The notes under the pieces: model-generated
What the model saw: the letters and a program-made list of their open reading frames with translations, nothing else
Told to the model about the DNA's origin: nothing
Database searches by the model: none
From: an uncultured Gammaproteobacteria bacterium
GTDB lineage: Bacteria; Pseudomonadota; Gammaproteobacteria; Steroidobacterales; Steroidobacteraceae
Assembly: GCA_963813755.1 (NCBI GenBank)
Contig: CAWEZY010000004.1
Coordinates: forward strand, 346,565-410,564
Length of the DNA: 64,000 nucleotides
Direction: 5' to 3'
In this document: positions 58,365 to 64,000 of the stretch, one piece after another
Position numbering within the stretch: position 1 is the first letter of the stretch
How the letters are laid out: each line of letters opens with the position of its first letter
Position numbers and translations under genes: made by a program

Positions 58365-59646
58365 GACCGCCCGCGATGAGGATGGCGCGAAAGTCGTTGA
58401 CGTTGGTCAGCGTCGGCCCGGTGATCACCGAGTCCCCAAGGGCCATGAACAGGCTGTGGGCGTCGTTGTTCGCCAGCATCTCCTTCGGCCGCAGGCCGCG
58501 CTCCCAGGCGCGTGCGAGCGTGTCGGGCGCCATGCAGGCGCCGGCGATCTCCTCCTGCCCGTCGACTCCGTCGGTGTCCCCCGCGAGCGCGTGGATGCGC
58601 GGGTGGCCGTCGAGCGCAATGGCGAGCGACAACAGGAATTCGACGTTGCGCCCGCCGCGACCCTTGCCGCGCACCGTCACCGTGGTCTCCCCCCCCGACA
58701 AGAGCACGCAGGGCGCCGCGAAGGGCTGGCCGCGCTCGGCGACCTGCAGCGCAATCCCCGCCAACACCGTGCCCACGTCGCGCGCCTCTCCCTCGATGGC
58801 ATCTCCCAGGATATGCGTCGTGACGCCTGCGGCGCGTGCGGCCGCGGCGGCCGCTTCGAGCGCCGATTGCGGAGTGGCGACGATGTGCGCCTCGGCGCCG
58901 CTCAAGCGGGGGTCCCCGGGTTTCACCGATTCGCCCCGGCCGCTTTCCAAGAGTTCGAGCACCGCATCGGGCACGTCGATCTCATAGCGGCGCAAAATGC
59001 GCAAGGCGTCGGCACAGGTGGTCGGATCGGCCACCGTCGGGCCGGAGGCGATATCGACGGGCCGGTCGCCGGGCACATCGGAGATCAGCAGCGTGAGCAC
59101 TCTCGCCGGGTGGCATGCGGCGGCCAGCCGGCCGCCCTTGATGGCCGACAAATGACGGCGTACGCAGTTCATTTCGCGGATGGTTGCGCCTGAGCTCAAG
59201 AGCGCGCGGCTTATTTTTTGCTTGAGGTCGAGCCCCAACCCCGCCGCAGGCAGCGGCAGCAGCGCAGAGCCTCCGCCCGAAATCAGGCAAAGCACCAAAT
59301 CATCCGCGCCGAGGTGCCGCACCAGATCGAGCATGCGCTGCGCCCCTCGGTGCCCGGCCTCATCGGGCACCGGATGCGCCGCCTCGATGATGTCGACGTG
59401 CTCGCACGGCACCGCATAGCCATAGCGCGTGACCACCAAGCCCGAAAGCGGACCCGGCCAATGCTGCTCAACGGCACGCGCCATTGCCGCCGAGGCCTTG
59501 CCGGCGCCGATGACGATGAGCCGGCCGCGGGGCGGCGCGGGCAAATGCGCCGGGATGCACTTCGCGGGCTGCGCCGAGGCGATCGCGGCCTCGAACATCT
59601 TCCGCAGTAGCGCACCCGGGTTCGCGCGGCCGGCCGATCCCTTCAT
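58342..59646 (-). CDS. glycerate 2-kinase (MOFRL/TtuD-type)
   Basis: From the Met at 59646 of ORF 58342..59952: MKGSAGRANPGALLRKMFEAAI...LIVIGAGKASAAMA...LISGGGSALL...LSAIKGGRL...LSGGETTVTVRGKGRGGRNVEF...AGDTDGVDG...TGPTLTNVNDF. The ATG overlaps the FAH stop. Confidence 0.85.
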   Translation of the reverse strand: MKGSAGRANPGALLRKMFEAAIASAQPAKCIPAHLPAPPRGRLIVIGAGKASAAMARAVEQHWPGPLSGLVVTRYGYAVPCEHVDIIEAAHPVPDEAGHRGAQRMLDLVRHLGADDLVLCLISGGGSALLPLPAAGLGLDLKQKISRALLSSGATIREMNCVRRHLSAIKGGRLAAACHPARVLTLLISDVPGDRPVDIASGPTVADPTTCADALRILRRYEIDVPDAVLELLESGRGESVKPGDPRLSGAEAHIVATPQSALEAAAAAARAAGVTTHILGDAIEGEARDVGTVLAGIALQVAERGQPFAAPCVLLSGGETTVTVRGKGRGGRNVEFLLSLAIALDGHPRIHALAGDTDGVDGQEEIAGACMAPDTLARAWERGLRPKEMLANNDAHSLFMALGDSVITGPTLTNVNDFRAILIAGGLIPGDAS

Positions 59647-60419
59647 CGAGGCGCGAGCGTATTGTTCAAGGAACCGACGCCATCGATCCGAACCTCCACC
59701 GTGGAGCCGTCGCGGATGGAGCCGATGCCGAGCGAGGTGCCGCACGCGATGACATCGCCCGGCAAGAGCGTCATGTCCTGGGAAATTCGGCCGACCAGTT
59801 CCGCGGGCGAAAAAATCATGTCCGCCATCGGGTAATTTTGGCGCTCGACACCGTCGAGCCGGGTCACCACGTGCGCCGCCTGCCAATCGAACTCCGTGGC
59901 GATGACCGGCCCGAGACAGCCGAACGTGTCGTGGCCCTTGGATCGGCACCACTGCGCAAAGTCGGGGTTCTCGTTGAGCACCTCGCCGGCGGTGACGTCA
60001 TTGACGCAGGTGTACCCGAAAATATAGTCGCCGGCGCCGCTCCCCGAAACCTCTTTGCAGCGGCGGCCGATGACGATGCCGAGTTCGCCCTCATAGGCGA
60101 TCTTGCCGGCATAGCCGGCCGGCCGCAGGATCGGATCCTCCGGACCGATGACGCAGGTGCTCGGCTTGAGGAGATACAGCGGATGCGCGGGGGCCTGCTT
60201 GCCGAGTTTGGCCGCCAGCGCATGGAAGTTGTTCCACAGCGCGACGATCTTGGAGGGATGACACGGACTCTCGAGGGCAAAGGTGCCGGCGGCGAGCATC
60301 GCGCCGGTCGGGCGCGCTTCGCCGAACATATTCCCTTCGCATTCGGCGATGGCGCCGCCTTCGTAAATGCCGAAGCCCTTTCGACCGTCCTTCGACCGGA
60401 AACGCGCCCAGCAGGTCAT
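59643..60419 (-). CDS. fumarylacetoacetate hydrolase (FAH) family protein
   Basis: 258 aa: ...KIVALWNNF...YLLKPSTCVIGPEDPI...YEGELGIVIGR...GYTCVNDVTA...KGHDTFGCLGP...LLPGDVIACGT. Confidence 0.8.
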   Translation of the reverse strand: MTCWARFRSKDGRKGFGIYEGGAIAECEGNMFGEARPTGAMLAAGTFALESPCHPSKIVALWNNFHALAAKLGKQAPAHPLYLLKPSTCVIGPEDPILRPAGYAGKIAYEGELGIVIGRRCKEVSGSGAGDYIFGYTCVNDVTAGEVLNENPDFAQWCRSKGHDTFGCLGPVIATEFDWQAAHVVTRLDGVERQNYPMADMIFSPAELVGRISQDMTLLPGDVIACGTSLGIGSIRDGSTVEVRIDGVGSLNNTLAPR

Positions 60420-60444
60420 CGTGAACTCGCTTCGTGCTCGTGTG

Positions 60445-61320
60445 CTAGAGCACGGACTTCAGCAGTTTGCCCATGTCCGCGGGATTGCGCGTGACTTTGA
60501 TGCCGCATTCTTCCATCACGGCCAGCTTCTCCGCCGCCGTGCCCTTGCCGCCGGAAATGATCGCCCCCGCATGACCCATGCGCTTGCCCGGCGGCGCGGT
60601 CACTCCGGCGATGAAGCCGACCACCGGCTTTTTCATGTGATCCTTGATCCAGCGCGCGCAATTCTCCTCGTCGCCGCCGCCGATCTCGCCCACCATGATG
60701 ACCGCATCGGTCTCGGGATCCGCGTTGAACAACCGCATGATGTCGATGTGCTTCAGGCCGTTGACCGGATCGCCGCCGATGCCGACGCACGTCGATTGCC
60801 CCAGCCCCAATTCCATCAGCTGACCCACCGCTTCGTAGGTGAGCGTGCCCGAGCGCGACACCACGCCGGTGCGCCCTTTCTTGTGGATATGGCCCGGCAT
60901 GATGCCGATCTTGATCTCGTCCGGCGTGATCACCCCGGGGCAGTTGGGTCCGACCAGCAGGGTTTTCTTGCCGTGCATCCGATGGCGCGTGGCGATCATA
61001 TCGCGCACCGGCACTCCTTCGGTGATGCAGATCACGAGGTCGAGCTCCGCGTCCACCGCCTCGTCGATGGCGCTCGCGGCAAAGGGCGGAGGTACATAAA
61101 TGACCGACACGGTCGCTCCGGTGCGCTGCTTGGCTTCTTCGACGCTGCCGAAAATCGGAATGCCCTCGAAATTCTCGCCGGCCTTGTTCGGATTGACGCC
61201 GGCCACGAAACAGGCCTTGCCGTTGGCGTAGTCGCGGCACAAGCGGGTATGGAACGCCCCGGTCTTGCCGGTAATGCCCTGGGTGATCACCCGGGTGTTC
61301 CTGTCGATCAGGATGCTCAT
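60445..61320 (-). CDS. sucD: succinate--CoA ligase-type alpha subunit (SucD fold; malate thiokinase MtkB possible from context)
   Basis: [24 protein letters not shown]...[11 protein letters not shown]...[42 protein letters not shown]...[12 protein letters not shown]...[11 protein letters not shown] (catalytic His). Confidence 0.85.
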   Translation of the reverse strand: MSILIDRNTRVITQGITGKTGAFHTRLCRDYANGKACFVAGVNPNKAGENFEGIPIFGSVEEAKQRTGATVSVIYVPPPFAASAIDEAVDAELDLVICITEGVPVRDMIATRHRMHGKKTLLVGPNCPGVITPDEIKIGIMPGHIHKKGRTGVVSRSGTLTYEAVGQLMELGLGQSTCVGIGGDPVNGLKHIDIMRLFNADPETDAVIMVGEIGGGDEENCARWIKDHMKKPVVGFIAGVTAPPGKRMGHAGAIISGGKGTAAEKLAVMEECGIKVTRNPADMGKLLKSVL

Positions 61321-62501
61321 ACCGCGTGCTCCTGGTTCCCGCCGTCGACGGCGGCGACGATCCTTTGCGCCGCCTCCGCGATGCTGCCGGCGGAAATGAT
61401 CGGCAGACCGGATGCCTTGAGCAGCTGCCTGCCCAGCTCTTCGTTCGTGCCCTTCATACGAACCACCAACGGAACGCTGAGTTTCACCTCCTTCGCCGCC
61501 GCGATCACCCCCTCGGCGATCGTGTCGCAGCGCATAATGCCGCCGAAAATATTGACCAGTATGCCTTTGACCGCCGGGTTCTTCAGCATCAGCTTGAACG
61601 CCTCGGTGACCTTCTGCGTGGTGGCGCCGCCGCCGACGTCGAGAAAGTTGGCGGGCTCCGCGCCGAACAGCTTGATTGCGTCCATGGTGGCCATCGCGAG
61701 CCCCGCGCCGTTCACCAAACAGCCGATGTTGCCGTTGAGCGAAATATAGGAAAGGTCGAACTTGGAGGCCTCGACCTCGGCCGGATCCTCCTCGTCGAGA
61801 TCGCGCATGGCGACGATGTCGGGATGGCGGAACAGCGCGTTGTCGTCGAAATTCAATTTGGCGTCGAGCGCCAGCACCTTGCCATCGCCGGTGAGGATCA
61901 GCGGATTGATCTCGGCGAGCGAGGCATCGCAGTCGACGAATGCCCGGTACAGGCCGTGCATGAATTGGCGCGCCTGCGCGATGGAGGCCGGCGGTATGCC
62001 GATCTTGCGCGCGACCTCGTCCGCTTGGGCATCGGTCAGGCCCGCGACGGGATCGATCGCCACCTTGTGTATCTTCTCGGGCGTGCGGGCCGCGACCTCC
62101 TCGATTTCCATGCCGCCCTCGGAGCTCGCCATCAGCGTGACCCGCTGCGACGCGCGGTCCACCACCATGCCGACGTACAGCTCCTTGCGGATGTCGGCGC
62201 CCTCCTCCACCAGCAGGCGCTTGACCACGCGGCCTTGCGGGCCGGTTTGATGCGTGATGAGCGTCATACCGAGAATCTTCGAGGCATGGTCGTGCACTTC
62301 ATCGAGCGATTTGGCCACCTTGACGCCGCCGCCCTTGCCGCGGCCGCCGGCGTGGATCTGCGCCTTCACCACCCACACCTTGCCGCCGAGCGCGCGTGCC
62401 GCCGCATCCGCCTCGGCGACGGAGAAGCACGGCTCTCCGCGCGGGGTTGAGACGCCGTAGCGGCGCAGGATCTCTTTACCCTGGTATTCGTGAACATTCA
62501 T
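61317..62501 (-). CDS. sucC: succinate--CoA ligase-type beta subunit (SucC fold; MtkA possible from context)
   Basis: [22 protein letters not shown]...[26 protein letters not shown]...[27 protein letters not shown]...[11 protein letters not shown]...[11 protein letters not shown]. 4-nt overlap with the alpha-subunit gene. Confidence 0.85.
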   Translation of the reverse strand: MNVHEYQGKEILRRYGVSTPRGEPCFSVAEADAAARALGGKVWVVKAQIHAGGRGKGGGVKVAKSLDEVHDHASKILGMTLITHQTGPQGRVVKRLLVEEGADIRKELYVGMVVDRASQRVTLMASSEGGMEIEEVAARTPEKIHKVAIDPVAGLTDAQADEVARKIGIPPASIAQARQFMHGLYRAFVDCDASLAEINPLILTGDGKVLALDAKLNFDDNALFRHPDIVAMRDLDEEDPAEVEASKFDLSYISLNGNIGCLVNGAGLAMATMDAIKLFGAEPANFLDVGGGATTQKVTEAFKLMLKNPAVKGILVNIFGGIMRCDTIAEGVIAAAKEVKLSVPLVVRMKGTNEELGRQLLKASGLPIISAGSIAEAAQRIVAAVDGGNQEHAV

Positions 62502-62608
62502 ATCGGAATTCCTCGTGCGCCGGTCAAGTGCGGCTACCTCAACCTATTCGACTGGATGCTCCCACGCGAGAGCAACCTGCGCCGGCGGACTCCAGCGCGC
62601 GAGAGACT

Positions 62609-63637
62609 CTAAGCGGACACGCGATCGGCGGCGGCGTGTGCGCCGCCGAGCAGCGGCCTGTCTTCCTCGAGGCTCTTGGCCAAGAGCTTGCTGAGCGCAT
62701 ACACCGTGTCCAGGTGCGGTGTCGGCGTGTCGGTGAGCCGCGCCAGTTCGACCACGGAACCCAAGAGCGCGTCGATTTCGAGCGTGCGTCGGGCCTCGAC
62801 ATCCTGCAGCATCGAGGTCTTGTGGTGCCCGACCCGCTCGGCGCCGGCGATGCGCTTCTCGATGGGTACGCGGAAGGTGATGCCCAGCTTGTTGGCGATG
62901 CTCTGCGCCTCGCTCATCATGGTGTGCGCCAGGTTGCGGCTCAAGGGATACTGGCATATGCCCGCGAGCGTCGCTCGCGACAGCGCGCTGATGGGATTGA
63001 AGGTGAGGTTGCCCCAGAGCTTCAGCCAGATCTCCGCGCGGATGTCGCCGAGCACCGGCGCCTGCAGTCCGCCTCGGATGAAGCAGTCCGACACGCGCTT
63101 GACCCGCTCGCTCGTCGTGCCGTTCGGTTCGCCGACCGGGAACCGGTTGCCCTCCACGTGCTTGATCACGCCGGGGGTAAGCAATTCCGCCGCCGGATAG
63201 ACCACGCAGCCGATCACGCGCTCGCAGGGAATATGCTCACCGATCGATCCCGTGGGGTCGACGCTATGGATCCGCGTGCCCGCCAGCGCGCCGCCGTGCT
63301 GGTGGAAGTACCAGTAGGGGATGCCGTTTTGCATCGGCACCACCACCGTATCGGGGCCGAACAGCCTCGGCACCTCGCGCGCCACCGCTTCGACTTGATG
63401 CGCTTTCAGGGCCAGAATCACCATATCCTGCGGCCCCGCGGCGCCGTAATCCGATGTCGCGTTGACCCGCGGCACCGCTTGTTCGCTGCCGTCGCCCATC
63501 ACCAGCCGGATGCCGCGGGTGCGCAGCGCATCGAGATTCGCGCCGCGTGCGATGAAGGTCACGTCCTCGCCGGCGTGCGCGAGCCGCGCTCCGATGAAGC
63601 CGCCAATCGCACCGACACCGATGATCGCTATTTTCAC
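62609..63637 (-). CDS. 2-dehydropantoate 2-reductase (PanE/ApbA) family oxidoreductase, second copy
   Basis: GTG 63637 within ORF 62609..63697: VKIAIIGVGAIGGFIGARLAHAGEDVTFIARG...PMQNGIPYWYF...EIWLKLWGNLTFNPISALSRATL...HKTSMLQDVEARRTLEIDAL.... Paralogous to 48170..49170. Confidence 0.75.
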   Translation of the reverse strand: MKIAIIGVGAIGGFIGARLAHAGEDVTFIARGANLDALRTRGIRLVMGDGSEQAVPRVNATSDYGAAGPQDMVILALKAHQVEAVAREVPRLFGPDTVVVPMQNGIPYWYFHQHGGALAGTRIHSVDPTGSIGEHIPCERVIGCVVYPAAELLTPGVIKHVEGNRFPVGEPNGTTSERVKRVSDCFIRGGLQAPVLGDIRAEIWLKLWGNLTFNPISALSRATLAGICQYPLSRNLAHTMMSEAQSIANKLGITFRVPIEKRIAGAERVGHHKTSMLQDVEARRTLEIDALLGSVVELARLTDTPTPHLDTVYALSKLLAKSLEEDRPLLGGAHAAADRVSA

Positions 63638-63769
63638 TCGCGTCCGCCCGCCGGGCGCACGCATCCGCGCCCCAATTTTTATTCGCGATCGCGGCAAGCG
63701 GCCAGGAGCGAAGCCTCGTCCCTGGCCGCATGGCGCATACTCATCTCGTTCAACTTCCCGACTCGCGCC

Positions 63770-64000
63770 TCAGAACGTGTAGTGCAAGCCGGTGGAGATT
63801 CCGAGCGGACGGCATCCGCCCCAGGTCGTCGGTCCCGCGCTGCTGTAGTCGACGAACGCATAGGTCGTGCCGTCATGACAATCCGTCGTGATGCCGCGGC
63901 CGCCGGCGCCGATATCATAGTGGGCATTGTCGTGATTGACGGTTTCCGCCGCGTCGATATACCAGTACAGCTGCTTGTCGAAGCGGTACTTCCACGCGAT
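63770..64000 (-). CDS. outer-membrane beta-barrel (porin-like) protein, 3' end only
   Basis: My minus-strand translation reads ...IAWKYRFDKQLYWYIDAAETVNHDNAHYDIGAGGRGITTDCHDGTTYAFVDYSSAGPTTWGGCRPLGISTGLHYTF* (stop at 63770-63772). It has an aromatic C-terminal residue, alternating strands and a Cys-Cys loop. The ORF runs off the window. Confidence 0.45.
   Translation of the reverse strand: MAWKYRFDKQLYWYIDAAETVNHDNAHYDIGAGGRGITTDCHDGTTYAFVDYSSAGPTTWGGCRPLGISTGLHYTF

Noticed and set aside
1-64000. Mobile elements, CRISPR arrays, tRNA/rRNA genes and prophage or defence islands.
   Set aside because: I saw no transposase, integrase or recombinase-like translation, no regularly spaced direct repeats and no tRNA-like intergenic sequence. 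The only tandem repeats are coding repeats inside two low-complexity protein genes.

Overview
GC-rich (about two-thirds G+C by eye) proteobacterial chromosomal segment. I saw no rRNA, tRNA, CRISPR array, transposase or integrase. Layout: (i) 1-13 kb housekeeping: partial Nramp-type transporter, hflK-hflC, glyA-nrdR-ribD-ribE (minus strand), ettA, an orphan Zn-ribbon/DUF4145-like gene, purL. (ii) 13-33 kb surface/accessory block: DUF1820, an orphan TagH-like FHA protein, an OmpR-type response regulator plus histidine kinase, and a minor-pilin operon (FimT/U-like, pilV, pilW, pilX, pilY1, pilE; PilY1 has an L-type-lectin-like N-terminal module). This is followed by a Gly/Tyr/His-rich secreted repeat protein, a TonB-dependent receptor, and a six-gene plus-strand operon at 27426-33031. 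That operon encodes three paralogous secreted beta-rich subunits, a small secreted protein, a PapD-like chaperone candidate and an atypical ~683-aa outer-membrane protein. I cannot assign it to any described pilus or fibre family, so it is my best candidate for an undescribed system. (iii) 33-41.6 kb: Cys/Met PLP enzyme, ZIP transporter, Mpg glycosylase, MmuM, crotonase, YXWGXW lipoprotein, MFS remnant, DUF3014, retropepsin-like protease. (iv) 41.9-63.7 kb C1 island: NAD-formate dehydrogenase fdsGBAD, HDAC-like, PanE-like, Tat lipoprotein, quinone oxidoreductase, fhs, ALDH1L1-N-terminal-like formyltransferase, sgaA-hprA-mtdA-fch (serine-cycle order), moaB, glycerate 2-kinase, FAH, sucCD-like CoA ligase (possible malate thiokinase), a second PanE-like gene and a partial porin-like gene. 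Major caveat: well over fifty frame disruptions (manual, approximate count) interrupt otherwise conserved genes. They occur in patches (purL, 19.5-33 kb, several C1 genes), while other multi-kb stretches are clean. Several sit in G/C homopolymers, so I read most of them as consensus indel errors. Such genes are typed pseudogene because that is what the sequence shows, and their coordinates span the reconstructed gene. All family assignments come from reading the translations and from memory of families; no searches were run.
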